From the NCBI GenBank assembly GCA_045105515.1, contig JBGCDR010000429.1, forward strand, positions 1 to 37,084: 37,084 nucleotides of DNA, given 5' to 3'. Source of the stretch: Oligoflexales bacterium. Its GTDB lineage: Bacteria > Bdellovibrionota_B > Oligoflexia > Oligoflexales > Bog-1112. The position numbers and the translations under genes are program-made. The notes below the pieces were generated by a model. It was given only the letters and a program-made list of their open reading frames with translations. It was not told the DNA's origin and ran no database searches. Positions 1 through 9,807 of this stretch are shown here, piece after piece. Within the stretch, counting starts at the first letter, position 1, and the number at the start of each line of letters is the position of its first letter.

Positions 1-222
1 CGCGCATGGGCACCCCCAAGATCTTTTGATTTTCCGACAATTATAGCCTTTTTAGAGAAACTGGGGAAATTCGCTAAAGATTATAGTGCTCTAAGCCTTA
101 CATACAAAGGCGGCGGTGTGTTTCCAATCAGGCACTATATAAGGGCATTCATTAACATCCTCTTTCTTCGAATTGATCTCCTCATAAACTTCCTTTGCGA
201 GTATGATGGGTGCTCATTGTGA
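1..222 (+). CDS. possible 3' end of a gene entering from outside the window
   Basis: Frame +1 is open from base 1 to TGA at 220-222 (RAWAPPRSFDFPTIIAFLEKLG...CSL*). No recognisable motif. Confidence 0.25.
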   Translation, partial: RAWAPPRSFDFPTIIAFLEKLGKFAKDYSALSLTYKGGGVFPIRHYIRAFINILFLRIDLLINFLCEYDGCSL

Positions 223-307
223 CCATGGCGCCTAGAAGTGCTTCGGTAGCTTGAATTGATAAAATTAATCTTTTTAATTAGAGCTAATTATAAAGCAAGG
301 ATAATTT

Positions 308-1588
308 ATGGATATTGGCTTAGCGGATCGCTTAAAAAAGACATCTGGTCCTTCAGTATGGTTGGAGTTTTCGCCACTAGCCGATCTGGTGAGAGGAGTA
401 AATCTGGGGCAAGGTTTTCCTGATTGGGATCCTCCAGAGTTTGTAGTTGAGGCTTGTATACAGGCAAGTAGAACTAAAGGAGTCCACCGCTATGCACGGT
501 CATCTGGACATAAGTCACTGGTAGAAGAAATTGCAGGATTTTATGAAGAACGTTTAAAAAAGCAAATAAATCCACAAACTGATGTTTTAATAACTGTAGG
601 TGCCAGTGAAGCACTGCACCTTGCCCTTATGACTTATGTTAATCCAGGAGATGAGGTTCTGCTTATAGAGCCTGCATTTGATCTGTACTATGGTGCGATA
701 CATATGGCAGAGGGAATAGCTAAAGGGATTCCTCTCAAACCAAAAAAAGATGGTTTTTATTTGGATCCTGCTGATCTTGATGCCCAACTTAATTCAAAAA
801 CTAAGATTCTCATCCTAAATTCCCCTCATAATCCAAGTGGAAAAGTTTTTACTCGGGAGGAATATTTAGAGATTGCCCAAGTTCTAAGTAAATACCCTAA
901 TTGTATTGTCGTTAGCGATGAGGTTTATGAACACCTGGTTTATGATGATAATCAGCATATCCCATTTGCAAGCATTCCAGGAATGAACGAAAGGACACTC
1001 TCAATTTATTCGGCTGGTAAGAGCTTTTCGATTACCGGTTGGAAGATAGGTTGGATCATTGGAGACTCGAGACTTCTAAGGCCCTTGCAGGGGTGCCAAC
1101 AGTGGATTGTTTTTTCAGTCGCAACACATCTACAAGAAGCAGTAGCTCTTTCTTTGCGAACTGCCATGGAAAGTTACAAAGGAGAAGTCGATTATTATTC
1201 ATGGTTAAGAAAAGAGTATATGCGCAAGCGTTCGATATTGTATGAAGGTTTAACAAAGGCTGGTTTCTTTCCAATATTGCCACAAGGAAGTTTCTTTATT
1301 TTGACTGAATATAAACATTTAAAGCCTGAATGGAATTCTTTACCCATAGCCGAAAAAACTGCGATTGATCAAGGGAAAATAAATATTAATCCTTTAACGA
1401 AGACAGATAAAGACTATAATTTTTCAAGGAATTTAGCCTTTGAAAATAGAGTGGTATGCATTCCAGTTAGCGCATTTATGGGTAGTGCTAGGAAAGACAT
1501 AATTGATGTAGATCAATATGTACGTTTTGCTTTTTGTAAGAGCGATGCTTTACTTAAAAAAGCCAGTGAACAAATGATTAATATTTAG
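308..1588 (+). CDS. PLP-dependent class I/II aminotransferase (kynurenine aminotransferase / glutamine transaminase K / YbdL-like)
   Basis: NLGQGFPD, NSPHNPSG, SDEVY, SAGKSFSITGWKIG (PLP lysine) and VRFAFCK motifs; AAGGA RBS upstream. Confidence 0.9.
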   Translation: MDIGLADRLKKTSGPSVWLEFSPLADLVRGVNLGQGFPDWDPPEFVVEACIQASRTKGVHRYARSSGHKSLVEEIAGFYEERLKKQINPQTDVLITVGASEALHLALMTYVNPGDEVLLIEPAFDLYYGAIHMAEGIAKGIPLKPKKDGFYLDPADLDAQLNSKTKILILNSPHNPSGKVFTREEYLEIAQVLSKYPNCIVVSDEVYEHLVYDDNQHIPFASIPGMNERTLSIYSAGKSFSITGWKIGWIIGDSRLLRPLQGCQQWIVFSVATHLQEAVALSLRTAMESYKGEVDYYSWLRKEYMRKRSILYEGLTKAGFFPILPQGSFFILTEYKHLKPEWNSLPIAEKTAIDQGKININPLTKTDKDYNFSRNLAFENRVVCIPVSAFMGSARKDIIDVDQYVRFAFCKSDALLKKASEQMINI

Positions 1589-2460
1589 CGCCTATGGACT
1601 TTCTTGGAAAAGCTATAGGAATTGCGAATTGATGCAATGATATTTTTTTTTGCTTCCTTGGTGCTGGTATCAAACTCATTTAAATTTTTAACAATCCATG
1701 ACCAAAGCTCATCATCATTTAGCCGAGCTAGCATTGAATAATTAAGGCCATTTTTAATGAGTATTGGCTCAATCTCATCATGTACCTTGCCAGTTTTGTG
1801 TGCAAGACTTTGAATATAAAAACTCATACTCCATAGTTCTTGGTTTGTAAGTTGATGCTCAAATATAGGCATTCCTGCTTTTTTGCTACCAACAAGGAGT
1901 TTATTTAAAGTTCTTAAAGGAGAATTTTTATGAGAAAAAAGCTGTGAAGTGAAATCCTCAGGTTTAGTAGGTAGGCGCTCTGAAAGAATTCCATGACCGT
2001 TGCCTGTACTACCGTGGCAAGCACTGCAGTATTCTTTATACTGAGCACTCGCTAGTTTGAAATTCGGAGATAATGGGGGAGCAGTATCAATCATAAAAGC
2101 TTCGATTGTTTCTTGTTTAACTTGATATATGGCTTCTTCTAAGTCTTTTGTAGATTTAAATTTAGATCTAAGTTTAAACAAGGATTTATCTAGCTGCTTA
2201 CGGGTTTGAGCATCAAGAGTTGTTGAAATCTGTTCAAAGGATTCTTTGATTTTAATCAAATCTTTCTTTATGTTAGCCACTGCATTGGGTCTATTTGACT
2301 GCTGTTCTAACATGAAAATTTGATCCATAAAAGTTCTTAACCTAAAGCTTTGCTCAGTCTTAATTGCTTTCTTGTTGGCAGCTTTTACATGATGTGTAGC
2401 TAAAATGAGCAAGAAGCAAACAAAGAAGGTTAAATGGCGATGGAGATAAAAGCTTGGCAT
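1585..2460 (-). CDS. exported monoheme c-type cytochrome, resembling the cytochrome part of cytochrome c/FTR1 fusions
   Basis: Signal peptide ending HVKA, CSACH heme-binding motif followed by GxxGxGxG, PEDFT, and a distal GMP methionine. Confidence 0.75.
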   Translation of the reverse strand: MPSFYLHRHLTFFVCFLLILATHHVKAANKKAIKTEQSFRLRTFMDQIFMLEQQSNRPNAVANIKKDLIKIKESFEQISTTLDAQTRKQLDKSLFKLRSKFKSTKDLEEAIYQVKQETIEAFMIDTAPPLSPNFKLASAQYKEYCSACHGSTGNGHGILSERLPTKPEDFTSQLFSHKNSPLRTLNKLLVGSKKAGMPIFEHQLTNQELWSMSFYIQSLAHKTGKVHDEIEPILIKNGLNYSMLARLNDDELWSWIVKNLNEFDTSTKEAKKNIIASIRNSYSFSKKVHRR

Positions 2461-2465
2461 GTTTA

Positions 2466-3227
2466 TTAGTTTAATTCTTGATTGCGAGCACAGTTTAAAA
2501 AATTGTGATCAGTTAATATTTCGTCTACTCCAGCCTTTATAGCTGCATTTGCATCTTCTTTTGTTTGGGGCAAGAAGGCAATTACTTTTGCACCTTTTTT
2601 GTGAAATGCATCAACTAAGCGCTGTTTGTAAAGTTGAAGTTTGCCGAGCCGAGGAGGAATGGCATAAACTTTGGCGGGATTAATGCGCCCTAAGGAGGGC
2701 AGACCGAATAATACTGCAAGCCCAGCTGACCAGCATTCACTGCTGCGAGCATATAGCTTAGCGTTTGGAAATTCATTTAGAAACCTTTGCTCATGCTCTC
2801 GATTCCAGAATAAAAATCTAGAATTTTCTGAGATCCAAGCATGAGCTTTTTTACTTCTAGCCCACTTGCTCAAGCAATTGATTGTGGTGAGCCCTTGTTC
2901 GGGTTTAATATCCAAAACCCATTGGTAGGCTGCGAATTTCTCAACAAATTCGTCGAAAAACATGATTGGTTCCTTGATGCCCAAGGCAAGGGTAGAGATT
3001 TGTGTGCGGGTCAGTTGCCAAATAGGAGTGTCTGGACCCAGAAAGCGCTTAAATGTAGGGTCATGACTCAGAACAATATGCCGGTCTTTAGTGACACGCA
3101 GGTCTGTTTCAAGGCATTTAAATCCGTTCTTTATCGCTGCTTGAAAAGCAGCAGAGGTATTTTCAGCTGCTGCAGAACATAGGCCACGATGGGATATCCA
3201 GTTGATAGAATTAGATTGGTCAAACAT
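2466..3227 (-). CDS. glycerophosphodiester phosphodiesterase family protein (cytoplasmic)
   Basis: SHRG, ENT, ETDLRVTKD, VLSHD, LDIK and GVDEILTD motifs; GGAAGGA RBS. Confidence 0.9.
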   Translation of the reverse strand: MFDQSNSINWISHRGLCSAAAENTSAAFQAAIKNGFKCLETDLRVTKDRHIVLSHDPTFKRFLGPDTPIWQLTRTQISTLALGIKEPIMFFDEFVEKFAAYQWVLDIKPEQGLTTINCLSKWARSKKAHAWISENSRFLFWNREHEQRFLNEFPNAKLYARSSECWSAGLAVLFGLPSLGRINPAKVYAIPPRLGKLQLYKQRLVDAFHKKGAKVIAFLPQTKEDANAAIKAGVDEILTDHNFLNCARNQELN

Positions 3228-3300
3228 TGATTCCTTCCAACTCAGCTTTGATCTTTGTAGGCTTACTTTTATGCATCCGAGCCTTTTCCAGACCCATCAT
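3220..3300 (-). CDS. putative 26-aa small ORF overlapping the GDPD start
   Basis: ATG at 3300 with AAAGGA 6 nt upstream; MMGLEKARMHKSKPTKIKAELEGINV*; overlaps the GDPD start by 8 nt. Confidence 0.3.
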   Translation of the reverse strand: MMGLEKARMHKSKPTKIKAELEGINV

Positions 3301-3428
3301 ATCAGTTCCTTTTAAGGATCTCTTGCCCAAAACGTGATAATAATTAGATCTCTTGCGAAGGTAAGTTTAGGGTACCTTCGTAGGGAGAAGTGGAACTCAG
3401 AAAAAATTGCTTGTGAAGGAGTTATAAG

Positions 3429-5564
3429 ATGGGTGAAGGCCTTGATAAGTGGCAAGAGCTTGCAGCGAAGGAATTACGGAGTAAACCTCTTGAGGATCAT
3501 GCATGGCCTTCACCTGAAGGTATCACCATAAAACCTCTTTACACTCAACAAGACCTCACGGATAGAGCTTATCAGGAATCCATGCCAGGAATTGCCCCGT
3601 TTGCAAGAGGGCCTCGTGCCACAATGTATACTGGAAGAGCATGGACTATCAGGCAGTATGCTGGTTATTCCACTGCAGAAGAGTCCAATAAGTTTTATCG
3701 CAAAAACCTAGCAGCTGGCCAGAAGGGACTGAGTGTTGCTTTTGATTTAGCAACCCACCGAGGGTATGACTCAGATCACCAGAGAGTCTTCGGTGATGTG
3801 GGAAAAGCAGGAGTCGCTATTGATAGCGTAGAAGATATGAAGGTTCTATTTGACGGCATTCCTCTTGATAAGATGAGTGTATCCATGACCATGAATGGTG
3901 CCGTCTTGCCAGTTTTAGCAGGGTATATCGTAGCTGCTAAGGAGCAAGGTGTTCCCGTAGAAAAACTGTCCGGAACCATTCAAAATGATATTTTGAAGGA
4001 GTATATGGTTCGAAATACTTATATCTATCCTCCTGAACCATCCATGAAGATCGTTGCGGATATTATTTCCTATACTGCCTTAAATATGCCTAAGTACAAT
4101 AGCATTAGCATCAGTGGATATCATATACAAGAAGCTGGGGCTGACTCTGCACTAGAGCTAGCATACACAATAGCCGATGGAATTGAATATGTACGAACGG
4201 CTTTAGCCCAGGGCTTAAACGTAGATCAGTTTGCTCCTCGTTTATCATTTTTCTTTGCAATTGGCATGAACTTTTATATGGAGATTGCCAAGCTGCGAGC
4301 AGCGAGGATTCTATGGCATAAGTCAATGGAGCAGTTTAAACCAAAAAACCCGAAGTCTTCAATGCTCAGGACACATTGTCAAACTTCTGGTTACTCTTTA
4401 ACTGCCCAAGACCCTTATAACAATGTGATCAGAACTACTATTGAAGCAATGGCAGCAGCTTTTGGAGGAACGCAGTCTTTGCATACGAATGCGCTCGATG
4501 AAGCTATTGCTTTACCTACAGACTTCTCCGCTCGTATTGCCCGTAATACTCAAATTATCCTTCAGGAAGAAACAGATATTACTCGAACTGTAGATCCATT
4601 TGGAGGAAGTTATTTTATGGAATCCCTAACCCAAGATTTAGTACAAAGAGCTGGGGAAATTATTGATGAAGTAGAATCTCATGGAGGGATGACTAAAGCG
4701 ATTATGACTGGACTTCCTAAGCTACGAATTGAAGAGTCTTCAGCTCGTAAACAAGCACGCATCGACAAAGGAGAAGATGTAGTCGTTGGTGTCAATAAGT
4801 ATCAACTTCAGGGGCGTGCCCTCGAAGAAGAAGTTGAAGTAAGAGATATTGACAACACCGCTGTTAGAGAATCACAAATAGCCAAGCTAAATCAACTACG
4901 AAGTCAACGAGACAATAATCGTGTTAAAGAGTCTTTAGATAGGCTCAAAAAAGCTGCTAAGAGTGGTAAAGAAAATCTGTTGGAGTGTAGCATTGATGCA
5001 ATGGAAAATCGAGCTACAGTAGGGGAAGTTTCATTAGTGCTTGAGAAAGTGTTTGGAAGGTTCAAAGCAACAATCAATAGTGTACATGCTGTTTATGGGA
5101 GCACCTTAGGTAAGAATGATGCCTTTAATCATGCGGTTGAAGAAACTAAAAAATTTTCACAAACTCACGGAAGAAGACCCAGAATCCTAGTTGCCAAATT
5201 AGGACAGGATGGCCATGACCGCGGTGCAAAAGTGGTTGCTACTGGATTAGCAGACATTGGTTTTGATGTAGATATTGGTCCGCTATTTCAAACTCCTGCT
5301 GAAGCGGCAAAGCAAGCAATCGAAAACGATGTGCATGTGGTGGGAGTATCCTCCCAGGCGGCCGGCCATAAATCTCTAGTTCCCGAACTCATTAAATGCC
5401 TCAAAGAGCAGCAAGCTATTGATATTAAAGTTATTGTGGGAGGAGTGATTCCCGAACAAGACTATGGGTTTTTAGAAGAAATGGGAGTATGTGCCATTTT
5501 TGGTCCTGGAACCAGTATCCCAGAATGTGCTCTCAAAATTATTGAACAATTGGGGGTAAAATAA
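3429..5564 (+). CDS. scpA: methylmalonyl-CoA mutase (single-chain, adenosylcobalamin-dependent)
   Basis: WTIRQYAG (Tyr specificity residue), [28 protein letters not shown], and a C-terminal B12 domain with [16 protein letters not shown]. Confidence 0.97.
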   Translation: MGEGLDKWQELAAKELRSKPLEDHAWPSPEGITIKPLYTQQDLTDRAYQESMPGIAPFARGPRATMYTGRAWTIRQYAGYSTAEESNKFYRKNLAAGQKGLSVAFDLATHRGYDSDHQRVFGDVGKAGVAIDSVEDMKVLFDGIPLDKMSVSMTMNGAVLPVLAGYIVAAKEQGVPVEKLSGTIQNDILKEYMVRNTYIYPPEPSMKIVADIISYTALNMPKYNSISISGYHIQEAGADSALELAYTIADGIEYVRTALAQGLNVDQFAPRLSFFFAIGMNFYMEIAKLRAARILWHKSMEQFKPKNPKSSMLRTHCQTSGYSLTAQDPYNNVIRTTIEAMAAAFGGTQSLHTNALDEAIALPTDFSARIARNTQIILQEETDITRTVDPFGGSYFMESLTQDLVQRAGEIIDEVESHGGMTKAIMTGLPKLRIEESSARKQARIDKGEDVVVGVNKYQLQGRALEEEVEVRDIDNTAVRESQIAKLNQLRSQRDNNRVKESLDRLKKAAKSGKENLLECSIDAMENRATVGEVSLVLEKVFGRFKATINSVHAVYGSTLGKNDAFNHAVEETKKFSQTHGRRPRILVAKLGQDGHDRGAKVVATGLADIGFDVDIGPLFQTPAEAAKQAIENDVHVVGVSSQAAGHKSLVPELIKCLKEQQAIDIKVIVGGVIPEQDYGFLEEMGVCAIFGPGTSIPECALKIIEQLGVK

Positions 5565-5570
5565 AAAGCT

Positions 5571-6548
5571 ATGGACTTGAAGAAACTGCAAGAAGGGATT
5601 AAAGAAGGTCAGGTTCGTGCTTTAGCAAAAGGAATTACTCTCGTTGAGAGCACCTTATCGGCTCATAAAAACCAGGCTGAAGAACTTTTGACTCAGCTTA
5701 TGCCGTTTACAGGTGGTGCTTTAAAAATAGGGATCAGCGGCATACCAGGAGTTGGTAAAAGTACTTTTATTGAAGCCTTTGGAACCTTCCTGTTAAAGGA
5801 AAATCCTAATCGTAGGCTAGCTGTACTAGCTGTGGACCCTTCCTCACCCATTCATGGTGGCGCAATTCTCGGTGATAAAACCAGAATGGAAGAACTTTCA
5901 GTACATCCTCGTGCTTTTATTAGGCCATCTCCAGGTGGAGGAGCTGTGGGTGGAATATCTCGTAGGGCTCGGGAAAGTATCCTATTAATGGAGGCTTGTG
6001 GTTACGATACTATTTTTGTTGAGACAATTGGTGTTGGCCAGTCAGAAACTTTAGTTGCATCCATGGTGGATGTTTTTTTGATGTTACAGATGCCCAATAT
6101 GGGTGATGAACTTCAAGGAATGAAAAAAGGTATATTGGAACTAGCTGATATCATTGCTATCAATAAGGCTGATGGAAGCCTCAAAGAAGCTGCTCAAAGA
6201 TCAAAAATAGAACATGAACAGGCATTGAGGTTTACAAGTGTTGATTGTAGCCCTACTCCTGTTGTACTTTTAAGCGCAAAAAACAAAGAGGGTCTCAGTC
6301 ATATTTGGACAGGACTGAAAAACTTCGTAGAACATCAAAAAAACAATGGAAGTTTTGAGCAGAAGCGGCAAAACCAGGTAGTGCAATGGTTTGAAAGAGA
6401 GTTGGGAGAGCAGATTCAGGCAATTGCAGCAGATCACAAAGCCTATGAGGGTCTATTTAAGGAATTTGAAAGTAAGGTTCGGCAGCGAGAGCTTGCTCCC
6501 TCAGTGGCAGCGAGAACTTTTATTAAGAAAATTTTGAAAGTCAGTTGA
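5571..6548 (+). CDS. meaB: methylmalonyl-CoA mutase-associated GTPase chaperone MeaB/ArgK
   Basis: GIPGVGKST P-loop, AVDPSS, GDKTRM, ETIGVGQSE and NKAD motifs; 6 nt downstream of the mutase. Confidence 0.96.
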   Translation: MDLKKLQEGIKEGQVRALAKGITLVESTLSAHKNQAEELLTQLMPFTGGALKIGISGIPGVGKSTFIEAFGTFLLKENPNRRLAVLAVDPSSPIHGGAILGDKTRMEELSVHPRAFIRPSPGGGAVGGISRRARESILLMEACGYDTIFVETIGVGQSETLVASMVDVFLMLQMPNMGDELQGMKKGILELADIIAINKADGSLKEAAQRSKIEHEQALRFTSVDCSPTPVVLLSAKNKEGLSHIWTGLKNFVEHQKNNGSFEQKRQNQVVQWFERELGEQIQAIAADHKAYEGLFKEFESKVRQRELAPSVAARTFIKKILKVS

Positions 6549-6626
6549 TAGATTCGTAAGACTATTGAAGAGCATCTTGTCTAAGTTGTATTTGATGCAC
6601 TATATAATTCGTTCAAAGGAGTCTTT

Positions 6627-7205
6627 ATGGTTAAGTCGGCAATAGAAATTGCAATGGAAAAGAGTGCTAACATCACAGTTGATCCGGAAGTGTTCAAAAG
6701 GATTGAGCTCAAAAAGATTGCTAGTAAAGCATTGAATGAGCTCTATGAAGATTCAGAAGCATCTCTTTTGAACAAACTAAATCTCTGTGGTAAGAATGAC
6801 CTAAGCTTATTTATCAGAATTTGTGAAGAAATATTATTGGGGAATGTTGAGATTCCGATTAGTCAAGAGGGTCACAATTTTGTTAAACGCTCGCTCGAAA
6901 TTTTAACTGAACTTAAGGCAAATAGTGCAGAAACTTTTATAAGCCACATTTATCAAGTTCTCGAGCATTATAAAAGGCAGAAAGATGAAGTGCTAGAAAG
7001 GCTTAAACAGGAATCCGAATCAGGGCGGATGCACATGCAAAGACGAATGGCAAAACAATTAGGAGCTGAGCTTAATGTACCTTTAGAGTCTGACCCAAAT
7101 TATAAGAAAAATAAAGATCAAATGATGGGTCAGCTTAATCGCCAATATACCCACGAAATAGAGCGTCTGAAATCAGAGCTTAAAAGTGCTAAAAACTCCT
7201 ATTGA
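6627..7205 (+). CDS. conserved helical hypothetical protein
   Basis: 192-aa ORF with AAGGAG RBS; the N-terminal KSAIEIAMEK resembles a motif in deltaproteobacterial/spirochaete hypothetical proteins; coiled-coil-like C-terminus. Confidence 0.75.
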   Translation: MVKSAIEIAMEKSANITVDPEVFKRIELKKIASKALNELYEDSEASLLNKLNLCGKNDLSLFIRICEEILLGNVEIPISQEGHNFVKRSLEILTELKANSAETFISHIYQVLEHYKRQKDEVLERLKQESESGRMHMQRRMAKQLGAELNVPLESDPNYKKNKDQMMGQLNRQYTHEIERLKSELKSAKNSY

Positions 7206-7414
7206 GAACTAGTAAGATGGGCCTATTTTCTTGGGAGGAGGCGTGGTGCGGTTATTAGGCTGGGTATGTAGGTGAGCGAAAATTGGAGAGAAATGGGATT
7301 AGGCTCTTGTCACAAGCATACCGAGGATAAAATGATAAATTGATGAATTCTTCAAGAAATCCACAAGAAATTTCCAATTTTCTAACCTGACTACATTGTA
7401 AAAAAATGGGGTGA

Positions 7415-8644
7415 TTACTGTTCAGGTTTTTCTTCACTTGAGGGAGGATTTAAGCTTTGTTTCGGTAGAAGGTAGAGCAGGAGGAATGATCCAAAAATTG
7501 CAGAAAGCGACGAAGCTATGATGATGGCTAGTTTAGCCTCGTTGAAATGGATTTCCTCAGTAAATGCCAAGGAGCCGATAAATAGTGACATTGTAAAGCC
7601 GATCCCAGCTAAGAAACCAAGTCCAATGATATGGGACCAGGTCGTACCCCTGGGTTTATCTACCAAATTAAGCTTGCTTGCAATCCAAGCAATACCAGCA
7701 ATTCCTATTGGCTTTCCTAATGTTAAGCCCAAAATGACCCCTAAAGAAATAGAGCCAAAGCTGACATTTCCTAGTTGAACCCCGGCATTTGAGAAAGCAA
7801 AAACTGGGAGGATAAGGTAATTCACCCACTTTAAAAGGGACTTTTCTAAAAAAACTGCAGGACTATCAAGGGGTGAGGCACGGTCGCTAAAAATGTCATC
7901 GAGTAGCTTGGCAGTGCTTTTTCTTTTAGGAGCCAAAGGGATGGTGCTGGCAAGCATAACTCCAGCAATAGTAGCATGCACTCCTGATTTAAGCATGCAA
8001 TACCAGAGAGGAATGCCTACCGCAACATAGAGCGAAAGCTTGTTTATTCCTATGCGATTGAATAGTAGGCATATTGTAAAAAAACCAAATGCTCCTAAAA
8101 GGTATCCAAAACCAATCTGGGAAGTATAAAAGAAAGCTATGACCAGAATTGCACCCAGGTCATCAACGATAGCTATTGCAGCAAGCAATACTTTTAAAGA
8201 TTTCGGCACTCTAGGCCCCAGCATGGATAATAAGCCGAGTGCAAATGCAATATCTGTTGCCATAGGAATACCCCAGCCATTACGTGCTCCAGGAGCTTGA
8301 TTGAAGCTGAAATAAATGAGCGCAGGTACAATCATTCCTCCAATCGCTGAAAAAATAGGCAAGCTTGCTTTTTTGAGATTGGATAATTCTCCGACTACAA
8401 TTTCACGTTTTAATTCGAGGCCGATAAATAGAAAGAAAATTGCCATTAGGCCATCATTGACAATATGAAGTACGGATTTGCTCAGGAATGGATAGTCACC
8501 GACTATGAAACTAATTTTTGCTGCGAGAAAATCTTGGTAGTACTCAGACCACAAAGAGTTCGAGATCATGAAGCCTAATAATGCAGCCAATAGTAGCATT
8601 AGAGTTGGAATAATGGATGGCGATTGATCGTGTGCGTGAGTCAT
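7415..8644 (-). CDS. nhaA: Na+/H+ antiporter NhaA
   Basis: NDGLMAIFF, GLELKRE, ATDIAFA, AIVDDLGAI, SGVHATIAGV, GKPIGI and GIGFTMSLFI motifs; GGAGGT RBS. Confidence 0.97.
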   Translation of the reverse strand: MTHAHDQSPSIIPTLMLLLAALLGFMISNSLWSEYYQDFLAAKISFIVGDYPFLSKSVLHIVNDGLMAIFFLFIGLELKREIVVGELSNLKKASLPIFSAIGGMIVPALIYFSFNQAPGARNGWGIPMATDIAFALGLLSMLGPRVPKSLKVLLAAIAIVDDLGAILVIAFFYTSQIGFGYLLGAFGFFTICLLFNRIGINKLSLYVAVGIPLWYCMLKSGVHATIAGVMLASTIPLAPKRKSTAKLLDDIFSDRASPLDSPAVFLEKSLLKWVNYLILPVFAFSNAGVQLGNVSFGSISLGVILGLTLGKPIGIAGIAWIASKLNLVDKPRGTTWSHIIGLGFLAGIGFTMSLFIGSLAFTEEIHFNEAKLAIIIASSLSAIFGSFLLLYLLPKQSLNPPSSEEKPEQ

Positions 8645-8820
8645 AAGCTACCTCCCTTTGTCTGTTAAGGTATCGCCAAGAACTAAGTTTTGTTAAATCA
8701 ACAAATAGGTAAAAATAGACCAAGAGTATCCATTTTTGTTTGTAAAGATACCTATAAAAATATAAAAAAATAATAAAATCAGTTTATTAAGATTGAAAAA
8801 AAAAGCTATATTGTAGTGTC

Positions 8821-9399
8821 TTAAGATGCGGTATTTTGATGAAAGTTCTCTAGAATGATATTGCCTAAAATATTAAAACCGCCCATTCCTTTTTTTAAAC
8901 TATGATTGAGAAGTCGCTCCAGAATCGGATCCCTAAGATTAAATAGGCCACGGCAAACGCCGACGCTATTTTTTGCAACATAGTCCTTGGCCAAATTTAG
9001 TTTGATGTCTTCAATGTTTAGCTCTATCTGTGTGGGCGTTTTAAACTCAGCATTTACTTGCAATTTGATAAATAAATCTCGATGCCCTCGTAAGTCTATC
9101 TTGATGTTTTGGCATGTTGTTTTAATGCCAGGAACCATAGTATTTACAATTTCTGCTTGCCCAATTGTCACCATAATTTCATTTAGGAAGATCTCAGACT
9201 TAATGAAGTTTTGCAGCCCATCAGGATTATTTTGTTCAATTTGGCTGCTTATCTTTACCTGTTCTAGGCTGATTTTAAAGGGACCAAACCTGGCTTCTAG
9301 TTTTTCTTTTTGGGTAAGTATCGGCTTGCGATTTTCTGTATTGGAAAAAGCAACGCTAGCCAATAGGCTTATAAGAAAAATAAATAAAAGTTTATTCAT
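8821..9399 (-). CDS. exported hypothetical protein (start reassigned to ATG 9399)
   Basis: MNKLLFIFLISLLASVAFS is a typical signal peptide beginning at Met32 of the track ORF; AAAGG upstream; beta-rich body with two Cys. Confidence 0.7.
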   Translation of the reverse strand: MNKLLFIFLISLLASVAFSNTENRKPILTQKEKLEARFGPFKISLEQVKISSQIEQNNPDGLQNFIKSEIFLNEIMVTIGQAEIVNTMVPGIKTTCQNIKIDLRGHRDLFIKLQVNAEFKTPTQIELNIEDIKLNLAKDYVAKNSVGVCRGLFNLRDPILERLLNHSLKKGMGGFNILGNIILENFHQNTAS

Positions 9400-9807
9400 A
9401 ACTATGCCTTTATTATTGTATTTCAGTAGACTAAACGTGTGTAAGTATGAAAGCAATCGATTTTTGGATCTGTTTTTAGCTTTATTTTGCATTCCTTTTA
9501 ATCACAATCTAATACATTTTAATAGCATGGCCTCAAAATAGGAAGATAGCTATATTACTTATAAAAAATTTCTCTTTAAGGAATGCTGTAAAAAGCTGAT
9601 CTGAATTTTTTTTTCGCTCATATAGCTAATCCGAAGTTTTGCCAATTAAATAGTGAGGTCAAGGCCCTTAAGATCTTAGAATGTATCTTTCTTGAATCTT
9701 TCAATAAATTTAAGCGGCCAATGCCCATTATAGATTCGGCTTGCTAAATTCAACTAGATCAGTTGAAGTGGCCACTTGTTAAGTGTCTTAGCTAAAGGAT
9801 GCCTCAA

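Noticed and set aside
3228..3428. cobalamin riboswitch upstream of the mutase
   Set aside because: No B12-box or conserved GGGAA/GCCACTG core, and too little space.
7206..7414. G-rich spacer between convergent genes, and a 60-aa ORF
   Set aside because: No tRNA/ncRNA fold, repeat or credible start; not supportable as a feature.
8987..9541. 184-aa plus-strand ORF
   Set aside because: Antisense shadow of the signal-peptide gene at 8821-9399; no motif.
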